Assembly (NCBI GenBank): GCA_041744535.1
Contig: JBGTKR010000491.1
Location: 1 to 51,523 of the forward strand
Length of the DNA stretch: 51,523 bases
Direction of reading: 5' to 3'
Source of the DNA: Pyrinomonadaceae bacterium
Lineage (GTDB): Bacteria; Acidobacteriota; Blastocatellia; Pyrinomonadales; Pyrinomonadaceae
Positions 1-8,212 of this stretch are shown in pieces (positions within the stretch are counted from its first letter, which is position 1; each line of letters starts with the position of its first letter). The notes under the pieces are model-generated. The model searched no databases and had not been told where the DNA came from. It was given only the letters and a program-made list of their open reading frames with translations. Both the position numbers and the translations under genes were made by a program.

Positions 1-82
1 AAAGTCCTTCTTCACCAAGCAGGTCTTCCGGATTCTTGTAATCCTTGATCAATTCATCGAGTATCTCTTTTCTAATTTCCAT
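1..82 (-). CDS. IS256-family (mutator-type) transposase, N-terminal 27 codons only (partial at window edge)
   Basis: The reverse complement from the ATG at 82..80 reads MEIRKEILDELIKDYKNPEDLLGEEGL, the characteristic IS256 transposase N-terminus. It is a different family member from the copy at 34999-36222. Confidence 0.7.
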   Translation of the reverse strand, partial: MEIRKEILDELIKDYKNPEDLLGEEGL

Positions 83-141
83 AAAGTGTAATTCTCCTTT
101 TATTTATAAATTGTGAATTACACAAAATTTCTTACAGCCTC
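1..141 (-). mobile_element. End of an IS256-family insertion sequence that continues off the left edge
   Basis: The transposase N-terminus is encoded at 82..1. The terminal 27 nt at 115-141 (gaattacacaaaatttcttacagcctc) match about 20 of 27 positions, by eye, of the IR of the complete IS256 copy at 36259-36285. Confidence 0.7.
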
Positions 142-219
142 GAAACTGCCGAAGAAAAAGCAGGATTTCATCTTGCAGTTTCTCGACACCGTTTTGGAAA
201 GCAGTCAGCAAAAGCAAAA

Positions 220-245
220 GGCGTGAGGAAACTCACGCCTTTTTT
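220..245. terminator. GC-rich hairpin with T-tract; likely bidirectional intrinsic terminator
   Basis: Stem ggcgtgag (220-227), loop gaaa, stem ctcacgcc (232-239), then tttttt (240-245). An A-rich run precedes it, so it can also terminate the minus-strand gene ending at 264. Confidence 0.6.
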
Positions 246-263
246 ATCTGTAAAGGAATATTC

Positions 264-923
264 TCAAACAAAGTATTTAAGTTTTTTCCCATCCGGTTCA
301 GTAATAGTTAAACGGTCAAACTGTAAGTTTTTATTTATTTCCACTTCTAGGATAGCGAAAACACCCGCCCCTCGTATTAGTTCAACACTCAACTTTCCTT
401 TTTTTATTCTGGCATTTCCAACAATTCCAATGTTGTCCTTGCTTGCCGAAACTAGAAGTTTGGCAAAAGATTTAACTTGATTAATAGCATCTTCTTTCGA
501 TTTTGCTTGAAAACCTTTTAGTATATTTGAGAATGATCCTGAGGGACGTATTACCCAATAATCACCCCATACAAAACTTTTTACTTCAGCAGTTCGCTTT
601 TCAGTAATTAGAATTAAGTCATGCTTACTCGCAGGTGGATCAATCAATACATTCATTTTGGCAATATAAAATTCATATTGGGGGAAATTTTGTCTTAACT
701 CAATCTGAATGTCTTCAGGTATTAGACAAAAATCTCCGCTAAATGAACTAGTAAAACTGTTTTTGGAATAATCTCGCAATTCTTGACTGGTTTCAAGAAA
801 TGTAATTATTTTATTGTTCGTGTTTTCAACCTGGTTTTCTTGTGCTATCACAAATGATGTATTCGTAAATAAAGCAATAACAAATGTCAATGCCAAGATA
901 TATATTCTAATACTAGGTTTCAT
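264..923 (-). CDS. Secreted hypothetical protein; candidate immunity protein for the orphan Rhs toxin tip
   Basis: The N-terminus MKPSIRIYILALTFVIALFTNTSFVIAQE is a classic signal peptide. The gene starts 11 nt after the stop of the orphan Rhs C-terminal cassette on the same strand. I recognised no motif. Confidence 0.55.
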   Translation of the reverse strand: MKPSIRIYILALTFVIALFTNTSFVIAQENQVENTNNKIITFLETSQELRDYSKNSFTSSFSGDFCLIPEDIQIELRQNFPQYEFYIAKMNVLIDPPASKHDLILITEKRTAEVKSFVWGDYWVIRPSGSFSNILKGFQAKSKEDAINQVKSFAKLLVSASKDNIGIVGNARIKKGKLSVELIRGAGVFAILEVEINKNLQFDRLTITEPDGKKLKYFV

Positions 924-933
924 TTTTTGTACC

Positions 934-1815
934 TCAATTTTTTGGGCGTTGAACTGTTGGTGGAGAAACTTTCGTTATTGTGGCAGAACCATCGCCCTTG
1001 ATAATAATATCATATTGAATGCTTGTATAGACAAAATGGGTTGTGTCTCCAACCTTTAATTGACCATTCGGCGGTGGCGGTTCATAGCGTTTGTCTTTTT
1101 GCCCAAGAATCTTACTTTCCACATCCAATCCCGTTTGATGTGCAGATTTACCACCGTTTTCACCTAAATCAAAGTTTGCACCCGGCTCTCTCATATCCAA
1201 CCCTTCAATAAGAGCATGACCAACCAATGCCTGAGCTAAATCAGTATCCTGATTATCAACAGAATAAATACTTGTAAAATTAAGGTTTCCTGCCCTGATA
1301 TTTTTATTTCCGCTACTATCTACCGTTGCTGAATTAAAAGCGGGCTTATTATCATCAATAAAGACAGTTTCACCACTACTGTTTCCATTAACAATACTTG
1401 AAGAAACATCAAATTTAGCAGTGCCACTCGCACCAGCTACTTTTTTAACTATATCTGCAAATTCCTTATTAACCTTGCCCGTAAAAGACTTATCCTTTTT
1501 AGAGCCAGTAATTCTATATACACCATTCTTTACTTTATATTTGAGCTTGAGACCAGATTTTTGTTCTAAATAGTCAATAAAATTTTGAGCTTGATCACCA
1601 GTCAACTCAATATTATTTCCTGATGGGTCTCTAAATTTTAGTGGATTATTCTGAACATAAGGATAACGATTAAAATTTTGTGGGTCTGCTGGTGTGAAAG
1701 GTCCTACATCAACACTTGTGAATCTGCCTAATTTATTTGCATACATTCTCGCCTGAGCAAAATCGAGGTCAGTTTCAATATCACGTTCATACGAGGTTAT
1801 GAACGTGCAATTCAA
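934..1815 (-). CDS. Orphan Rhs C-terminal cassette: end of the Rhs core plus an unknown toxin domain, with no N-terminal Rhs body
   Basis: It begins FITSYERDIETDLDFAQARMYANKLGRFTSVD...NNPLKFRDPSGN. This parallels FTSYERDTETDLDFAQARYYSNQHGRFTTVD...NNPLKYVDPDGE of the full Rhs gene. About 220 aa of unrelated sequence follow. The annotated Met is probably fortuitous. Confidence 0.75.
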   Translation of the reverse strand: MNCTFITSYERDIETDLDFAQARMYANKLGRFTSVDVGPFTPADPQNFNRYPYVQNNPLKFRDPSGNNIELTGDQAQNFIDYLEQKSGLKLKYKVKNGVYRITGSKKDKSFTGKVNKEFADIVKKVAGASGTAKFDVSSSIVNGNSSGETVFIDDNKPAFNSATVDSSGNKNIRAGNLNFTSIYSVDNQDTDLAQALVGHALIEGLDMREPGANFDLGENGGKSAHQTGLDVESKILGQKDKRYEPPPPNGQLKVGDTTHFVYTSIQYDIIIKGDGSATITKVSPPTVQRPKN

Positions 1816-1959
1816 GATTTCTTATTAACTCGGTTTTCGCTCCGCATCACATTTTCCAATTTCAAAGATCGGCAGCTAAAGAAAGAAGTCTTTCGTTTCC
1901 GAGTTTCGATTATAACCTCAGACGATTTGTTTTCCTAACATTTATTCGATGAACTTATT

Positions 1960-2154
1960 TTGAAAGTCGCCGAGATTTTTAATGTCTCGGCAGACGAACT
2001 TTTAGGCAGAGAAACGAGCAAGCCGAAAGCCAGACCGACGGGCAAAGTCCAGCAGCTTTTTGAAGAAGTCTCCAATCTGCCGCGTCGTCAGCAGGATAAA
2101 GTGGTGGAGTTCGTTTCGGCGTTCGTTCGCCAGCAAAGGCAAGCCGAAAAGTGA
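1960..2154 (+). pseudogene. C-terminal remnant of an XRE-family HTH regulator
   Basis: KVAEIFNVSADELLG is the last helix of an HTH_3 domain. The preceding helices are absent, and the ORF opens with TTG with no upstream in-frame continuation. Confidence 0.45.
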
Positions 2155-2158
2155 AAAA

Positions 2159-2182
2159 GACAGCCTCTCGAAAAAGGCTGTC
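2159..2182. terminator. Hairpin between convergent genes
   Basis: The stem is gacagcc / ggctgtc with a 10-nt loop. The A5 run on the plus side gives a U-tract on the minus strand, downstream of the immunity gene ending at 2230. Confidence 0.5.
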
Positions 2183-2229
2183 AAGCGAAAAACCGTATTT
2201 TCTAACTATTTTTTACTTTCTAAACTTAT

Positions 2230-2715
2230 TTAGTTAGTAATGCTCATTGATGCGGATTCAACATTGCAATCAATAATCTTCTTCGGTTTTTCACCCATAT
2301 TTTTAAAGGCTTTGAAATCTCCTTGTTTAGTAGCTACCGAGAGAAGTTTTGTTCTAGAACAACAGATTCTTGCAATTTGTAATGTTCCGTCGTTACCTTT
2401 GAACGCATATAAAAGCCACTCCGCATTTGGCTCAAAACCGTCAGTGCTTCCAGAAAGTTCTTTGACAATTACGAATTTTTCTAAATCTTCTTTCCAAGTT
2501 TGTTTTACTTCAAACTTTATTACAACGTCGTAGCTATCGGTATTTTCTTGACGAATTTCCTTTGCCTCAATTACTTTGCCAACAAATACAGCATCAGAGC
2601 GTTGAAAATGTTCTTGCACAGTTAACTCCGGCTCACAAGTGCATTGAGCAAAAATTTCGTCTGTTCCGAAACAAAACACGCCAATAATCAAGATACTAAA
2701 AATTATTATTTTCAT
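2230..2715 (-). CDS. Secreted TIMP/NTR-like protein; candidate immunity protein or inhibitor of the Rhs metalloprotease tip
   Basis: The likely start is the second Met (MKIIIFSILIIGVFCF..., a signal peptide). The mature N-terminus is (Q)CTCEPELTVQEHFQRSDAVFVGKV, followed by ...IKFEVKQTWKE... and ...WLLYAFKGNDGTLQIARICCS. This mirrors the TIMP N-domain pattern [25 protein letters not shown]...YEIKMTKMYKG...FLIAGKLQDGLLHITTC. The gene lies directly downstream of the Rhs stop. Confidence 0.6.
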   Translation of the reverse strand: MKIIIFSILIIGVFCFGTDEIFAQCTCEPELTVQEHFQRSDAVFVGKVIEAKEIRQENTDSYDVVIKFEVKQTWKEDLEKFVIVKELSGSTDGFEPNAEWLLYAFKGNDGTLQIARICCSRTKLLSVATKQGDFKAFKNMGEKPKKIIDCNVESASMSITN

Positions 2716-2745
2716 AACATTTGTCGAAGAAGGTAACCACAAGAA

Positions 2746-5700
2746 TTAGTCGATTATGATACCTTTACTCCGTTCTATTTGCCTTATAATTTTATTTCCA
2801 AAATAATGTGGAGACTCTTTTTTAGGGATTCGAGGTCCTCCAGGTTTCCCTTGTTTTGAAGGATGCCAAATATCATTTGAACCTGTTCCAGTTAGACCAG
2901 CTTGCACTTGCAACGGGTCTAAATCGTGTCTGGCTTCATGTCCAAAAACTGCTACCATTTTACCGTTAAGTCTTTCTCCAGAATATCCCAACTCTTCCAT
3001 CTTTTTCTCATAAAGTGTAATTGTTGCTTCTCTATAAGCCCCTTTTATCACATTTCCTTTATCATCAACAGCAGGATCGGCTTTACCGTCAAATTTGTCC
3101 GTTGTGCTGTTAAAAGTTACGGGTCCGTTTTTGTCATGAGGCTCGTGAAGACCAATGGTCGTTGAGCCTGTGTTAATTTCTTCTTGAGTCCTCGAAGTTG
3201 TTGAATCAATAACAAGATTTATCATTGTTTCGTGCTTGTTCAACTTCTTAAACATATTAGAGGCTGTTCTGCTTCCAGAATCGTTAATTAGATTTACCAA
3301 CTTTTGTAAATCTTTTGAGGCATTACCACTTTTAATAACCCATATTTTCTTACCATTTACTTTTTCTCTTTCAATTATAACTTCCTGATCGTCTGTCCCT
3401 TTAAATTTTTCGCCATCGGGATCAACGTATTTCAGAGGATTGTTTCTTGTATAGAGATAAAGATTTATAGCTTGTGGATCAACTAACCTTTTTACCTCCA
3501 ACATTATCGGATCAACTGTTGTAAAGCGTCCGTGCTGATTTGAGTAATATCTCGCCTGAGCGAAATCCAGATCCGTTTCGGTATCGCGTTCATACGAGGT
3601 AAATTTTTGTCTCAGTCCATCTTCCCCATAATTCAGATTTACATCTCTCTGTGCCGTGTGCGTCGAATCCAATTCTTCTCCAAACGGCATAAAATCCCGT
3701 CTGGAGAAAACTCTACCGTCTTTGTCCGTTGTAATTCGCGGGCTTCCCAAGTGATCCGATGTCAAATAACTTACCCGTGCCGTCTGTGTCGGTTCAACAT
3801 TCGTCGCATATTCTGCTACCATTTTACCTGATGCGTCGTACACAAAGATAGTTGTTTGTGTCGCCACATTGTTCGAGAATTCTATCTTCTTGACTCTTTT
3901 TCCATCTCCGTCATAGAAATATTCTCCGATTCTGTTGCCCGATGAATCCTTGACCAGAATTTGTTTGTTTTCCCCGTCATATGTGAATTCTCTTCCGCCC
4001 GGATCTTCTTCCGTATTTCCCGCATTGTCAAAGGTAAAGCCGTTCAACCGATTATTCGTCGTATCTGCCGCCGGATTATCCGCCGGACACACTAAATTCG
4101 GTTCAGTGCCGCAGGTTCTCGGCAAAGTCGTTGTCAGATATTGCCCGCTCTCGCTTCCTTCATTAAACGTGCGGTTGCCGTAGCGATCATAAACAAATTG
4201 CTGCTGCCAGCCTAATTGCACGGATTGTCCTTCCGTTTGGATATTTTCCTTCGCTATTTTGATGCGGTTTAATGAATCGTAAGTATAATACTGCGTTGCC
4301 GTAAAACCGGAAGTCGAGCCGGTTGTCGGGGTGGTTATTATCTGTCTGGCGACATTGCCGTTATTCGTTCCCGCCAAAACCGAACCATCCCAATTTAAGA
4401 CTCCATACTCAAAATTAAGTTTCAGCTTATCATCACCGCCCTGAACTGTTCCGAGTGCAATCTGTGTTGGCTGAAGTCTTGAATTAAACACGGCTGATTC
4501 CCATTTGCCGTTACCCAATTGCATCGAACTGACTGCGCCCGCTGCCGTGAATGTGAAATTCTTCGCATAATCCCAATATCCGGCATTCGCGTTCTTTTTA
4601 CTCTGAACAATCGAAAGCTCACCGTCATTATCTAGAATATTCTTGACGACTCTGCCTGACGGATATTTCTGCTCGACAAGTCCTCCCGACAGATTATAGA
4701 CATATTCCATCTCATTATAGGCGGTGCCGTCGGTCGTCTGTTTGCTTTTCGTTACTCTGCCAAGAATATCAAACTGCGTGTATTCAGTCTTGGAATACGA
4801 GTTTTCCACTTTTATCAACTGACCGACTACAGGCGCGGTTGTGCTGTAAGTATATGTTACATCCGGGGTCAAATCCGAATAATCTCTTAATGTTACGCGG
4901 TTCAATTCGTCGTAGCTGTAATCGGTTTTAACTCCTCTCGCATCCGTTTTCTCCGTAAGATTTCCATTATTATCATAAAGATACGAAATCGTTCCCGATT
5001 CGGGGTTAAATGCGGTTTTCAACCGCGACAGACTGCTGTATGAAAATGTCCTGTTCGTCTGTGAGCCTTGAATTACTTTTGTCAGATTATTCAAAGGGTC
5101 ATATTCATAACCCGTTTTATAACCGTTCAGACTAATTTGCGGACTTCCGAAAGTAATTCCTTCCGTAGCCGAATCCGCTGCCGTGATTTCCCAGACATCG
5201 GTCAACTGTCCCAAGGCATTCGTTTTGCTGATTCTCTGCTTTCCGGCTTGATCCGTAACCAATACTCTGTCCGCATCTATATCGGTTCTGACTTTCCCTG
5301 TTGAATTTGTGTTGTAGCCTGAGGTCAGGAAAGGATGTGGCAATGCTGCTCCCGTAAAGCTTTCCGTTTCCGAATATTTGCCCGTATTAATCGATTTCGA
5401 GCGTGTCCAGCCCATTGAATCTTCATTTGCCGCCTGGCTTGATGTTGCTGCCCGATACGGATTCGAGGTCAGCGTGTAGGAATAAGGATTCCCCATCTTA
5501 TACCGCGTCTGCACCTTGATCCCGTGCTGTTCGTTTGTCGGGTCTTCCGTCGCCGCATTCTCGATTCTTCTCGACAGCCGCACTCTGCCTAGTTCATCAT
5601 AATGCTGAACGGCAATTTTCTTCCCGTCGCCCTTTGTTTCAAGATCGCTTCGAACAATAACTCTTCTTAAAATATCGTTGTATTCAGTTGTCGTCCACAT

Positions 5701-8142
5701 CTCCAACGCCGTTCCTTGCGCTGCGATACTTTTTATCGGACGACCCAAATCATCATATTCGGTCGCATTCGTCAGATTATTATCGACATCCATCGCAGAT
5801 GTTACCAATCCCGTGTAAAAATCATACTGCATCGTCGAGGTTCTCTCGACAGATGTCTGGTAAGCTTTTTCAGTCTGTGTCGGATAAAGATTTGAATAGC
5901 CGTTAATTGAACCGTAAGTTAGATTTGTTACATAACCTTTCGGATCAGTTATAGTCAACGGATTTCCGTATTGATCGTAAGTAGTTAACGCAACTACTGC
6001 ATTTCCGGAATTTAGCCGAAAGCCGTTTCCGTCCGGGCTTGGGAAGGTTGCGGCTTTGGTTGAATCCCACTTTCGCGTTTGAGTCGGATTAGCCGTCGTA
6101 TCGGCATTATCATAGACAATTTCCGTGTGCGATACCGGCGTTAGGTTTGCGTGTTTGACAGTTGTTGATTTCACCGCATTATTGACTTTCTTCGCTGTTG
6201 AATTCCAATAGGAATTGGCATTATTCGCCGTCGAATTCGAGGCATCTTCCGTCGGATTATAATAGACATTTTCCGTAATCCTTTTTACGGTCGCTCCGCC
6301 CGGTATCCCTGTTATATTGCCTGACGAACTACCTGGCATTGCGCTGTATGCCATCCAATCATATTCCGTTATTTTTGTAACATTTCCGTTTTTGTCATAT
6401 TCATAATCCTTGATTGCCGTTAAAGACGGATTTCCGGCATTGTCGGGAATGGTCGTGAACTCCGTTTTGACGTATGTATTCAGCCGTCTCATCGAGCCGC
6501 ATCCGTAGCTCGGGCAACCTCCTACCTTATTGTTTGCCCATATTCTTTCGACAATTGTTCCGCCCGGACTGGTTTCCTTATATACTCTTCCGCTCAGGTC
6601 ATTATCGGTTGTCGTATTAGAAAATTTCTGTGTTGTTACGCCGCCGTCCGGTCCGGTAATTGTCGTTGTGCCGCTCTGACTTATTGAATAGAGCCATGTT
6701 TCGGTAACCTGTTGGGTATTTCCGTCATAATTGGTTTCGTATAAAAGTCTTTTTTCCTTTATCTTGCCCAATAAAGGAAGCAGGTCGTCTGTTCCGAAGG
6801 CGATTTGATGAGAATAATCATATTCCGCCTTTGCTCCAGATGGCAGAGTTACATCTATCAAGTCTCCCCAACCGGGCGAACTGTTCGGATTATTCGGATT
6901 CTGATTATATGCAACTTGTCCTTCGTGTCCGTTATAATTAAATGTATATTTCAATCCGCCTAATTGACTCGGAGTTTCTATCTCATCAATTACTTTGTGT
7001 TGGGCAACCATCACCTGATCGGAATAACAGCATTTTCCGATTCCGCCGCCTGCTCCCGAGGTTCTATAAGGTCTAATCACCGTAATATATTTCCATTTTA
7101 TTTTCCAGATGATCGGCGCTCCGTTAATCCCTAATTTATAAATATGATCTTCTGTCGAAGAAATAGCCTTTCTAGCTACATAACGTCCCATTTGGTCAAT
7201 ATATCCGGTTACGGTTGAGCTGTCAGGCAGGGTAACCTGACCTTTCGTTACAAAATTACCGTTTTCATCATAAACCCTCTGCGGCAAAACATTGCTTTGA
7301 GCATCCAATTCTCCGTTTGTAACTTTACTTCCGTCAGGCATGTAAATTGTCCACTGATTTATATTAGTCTGACCTTGTGGAATCTCGAGCCTCATAAAAG
7401 TTCCATCCGTGCTGTAATAAACCATTGCCGGATTCGGATCTATACTCGGTACAACATATGTGCTGTAAGAAGGATTTCCATCACACATCGTGCTTGCTCC
7501 AGACGTTGTCCATATCAATGTATTTATTTCTCCCGTGGGACTTACATTAAAATAACCATCTCCGAGATATGTTGGATTTCCACTTGAATTGTAAATTGAG
7601 TCTGAATAACCTGTCGGGCGAAATTCATGTTGCGAGCCGTCAGGAAAATAAACCATAAGTTTAAAAACATAAACTCCAGCATAATTAGGTTCCTCACATC
7701 CGCCACCGACTTGAACCGGCTGATCCAGTTCATCATTGCGATTAATAACTCTTATTTCATAATCCCCGTCGTATTTCCATCCGCCTTCATAATCAGGGCG
7801 AATAAATTTTTGAGGCTTTAAATCTCCATTCAGATCAAGAGTTGTCATCACATGAGATTCATACAACTTACTGTTGTATTTCAACGATATTCCCTGCTGC
7901 GCCGTCCCGCGACCTCTGACACTGCCGAACCCAAAATTGAACATCAGATTGCCATTGGTCGTGTTAATTGATTCGATATCGGAAATCGCGTAAGGAATTC
8001 CCGGCTGGAAGTTTTGTTGAGAATGTTTATCCTGTGCCTGAATACCCGAATGTCCGGCTAATAACAAACAAATTAAACTAAAGACCATCGTGAAAATTTT
8101 CCGATCTAACGCCGACACTAAACTTGATTTGAATCTATTCAT
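2746..8142 (-). CDS. Rhs/YD-repeat polymorphic toxin with Sec signal peptide and C-terminal HExxH zinc-metallopeptidase toxin domain
   Basis: The signal peptide is MVFSLICLLLAGHSGIQAQ. There are dozens of YD repeats (YDENGN, YEYDKNGNVTKI, YDQYGNPLTI, YDDLGRPIKS, YLYDNNGNLTEK and others). The core ends at DPxG (YVDPDGE, about 3413-3424). A 218-aa tip follows, containing FGHEARHD (HEARH at 2926-2940). Confidence 0.95.
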   Translation of the reverse strand: MNRFKSSLVSALDRKIFTMVFSLICLLLAGHSGIQAQDKHSQQNFQPGIPYAISDIESINTTNGNLMFNFGFGSVRGRGTAQQGISLKYNSKLYESHVMTTLDLNGDLKPQKFIRPDYEGGWKYDGDYEIRVINRNDELDQPVQVGGGCEEPNYAGVYVFKLMVYFPDGSQHEFRPTGYSDSIYNSSGNPTYLGDGYFNVSPTGEINTLIWTTSGASTMCDGNPSYSTYVVPSIDPNPAMVYYSTDGTFMRLEIPQGQTNINQWTIYMPDGSKVTNGELDAQSNVLPQRVYDENGNFVTKGQVTLPDSSTVTGYIDQMGRYVARKAISSTEDHIYKLGINGAPIIWKIKWKYITVIRPYRTSGAGGGIGKCCYSDQVMVAQHKVIDEIETPSQLGGLKYTFNYNGHEGQVAYNQNPNNPNSSPGWGDLIDVTLPSGAKAEYDYSHQIAFGTDDLLPLLGKIKEKRLLYETNYDGNTQQVTETWLYSISQSGTTTITGPDGGVTTQKFSNTTTDNDLSGRVYKETSPGGTIVERIWANNKVGGCPSYGCGSMRRLNTYVKTEFTTIPDNAGNPSLTAIKDYEYDKNGNVTKITEYDWMAYSAMPGSSSGNITGIPGGATVKRITENVYYNPTEDASNSTANNANSYWNSTAKKVNNAVKSTTVKHANLTPVSHTEIVYDNADTTANPTQTRKWDSTKAATFPSPDGNGFRLNSGNAVVALTTYDQYGNPLTITDPKGYVTNLTYGSINGYSNLYPTQTEKAYQTSVERTSTMQYDFYTGLVTSAMDVDNNLTNATEYDDLGRPIKSIAAQGTALEMWTTTEYNDILRRVIVRSDLETKGDGKKIAVQHYDELGRVRLSRRIENAATEDPTNEQHGIKVQTRYKMGNPYSYTLTSNPYRAATSSQAANEDSMGWTRSKSINTGKYSETESFTGAALPHPFLTSGYNTNSTGKVRTDIDADRVLVTDQAGKQRISKTNALGQLTDVWEITAADSATEGITFGSPQISLNGYKTGYEYDPLNNLTKVIQGSQTNRTFSYSSLSRLKTAFNPESGTISYLYDNNGNLTEKTDARGVKTDYSYDELNRVTLRDYSDLTPDVTYTYSTTAPVVGQLIKVENSYSKTEYTQFDILGRVTKSKQTTDGTAYNEMEYVYNLSGGLVEQKYPSGRVVKNILDNDGELSIVQSKKNANAGYWDYAKNFTFTAAGAVSSMQLGNGKWESAVFNSRLQPTQIALGTVQGGDDKLKLNFEYGVLNWDGSVLAGTNNGNVARQIITTPTTGSTSGFTATQYYTYDSLNRIKIAKENIQTEGQSVQLGWQQQFVYDRYGNRTFNEGSESGQYLTTTLPRTCGTEPNLVCPADNPAADTTNNRLNGFTFDNAGNTEEDPGGREFTYDGENKQILVKDSSGNRIGEYFYDGDGKRVKKIEFSNNVATQTTIFVYDASGKMVAEYATNVEPTQTARVSYLTSDHLGSPRITTDKDGRVFSRRDFMPFGEELDSTHTAQRDVNLNYGEDGLRQKFTSYERDTETDLDFAQARYYSNQHGRFTTVDPIMLEVKRLVDPQAINLYLYTRNNPLKYVDPDGEKFKGTDDQEVIIEREKVNGKKIWVIKSGNASKDLQKLVNLINDSGSRTASNMFKKLNKHETMINLVIDSTTSRTQEEINTGSTTIGLHEPHDKNGPVTFNSTTDKFDGKADPAVDDKGNVIKGAYREATITLYEKKMEELGYSGERLNGKMVAVFGHEARHDLDPLQVQAGLTGTGSNDIWHPSKQGKPGGPRIPKKESPHYFGNKIIRQIERSKGIIID

Positions 8143-8212
8143 TTCTGCTTTCCTTTTCTGCCAAACTTTTCTCTTGATTTTTGTTAATTCTCTATAATCG
8201 ATTTTGACTTGA

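Noticed and set aside
3136-3147. HEPH in the Rhs tip (GLHEPHD) was considered as a possible metal site.
   Set aside because: It is HExH, not HExxH. The canonical HEARH at 2926-2940 is the better catalytic candidate. I mention it only as a possible extra ligand.
3607-7821. Multiple 60-96 aa ORFs lie antisense to, or out of frame within, the Rhs gene.
   Set aside because: They lie entirely inside a 5.4-kb ORF with unmistakable YD repeats and have no motifs. They are shadow ORFs.
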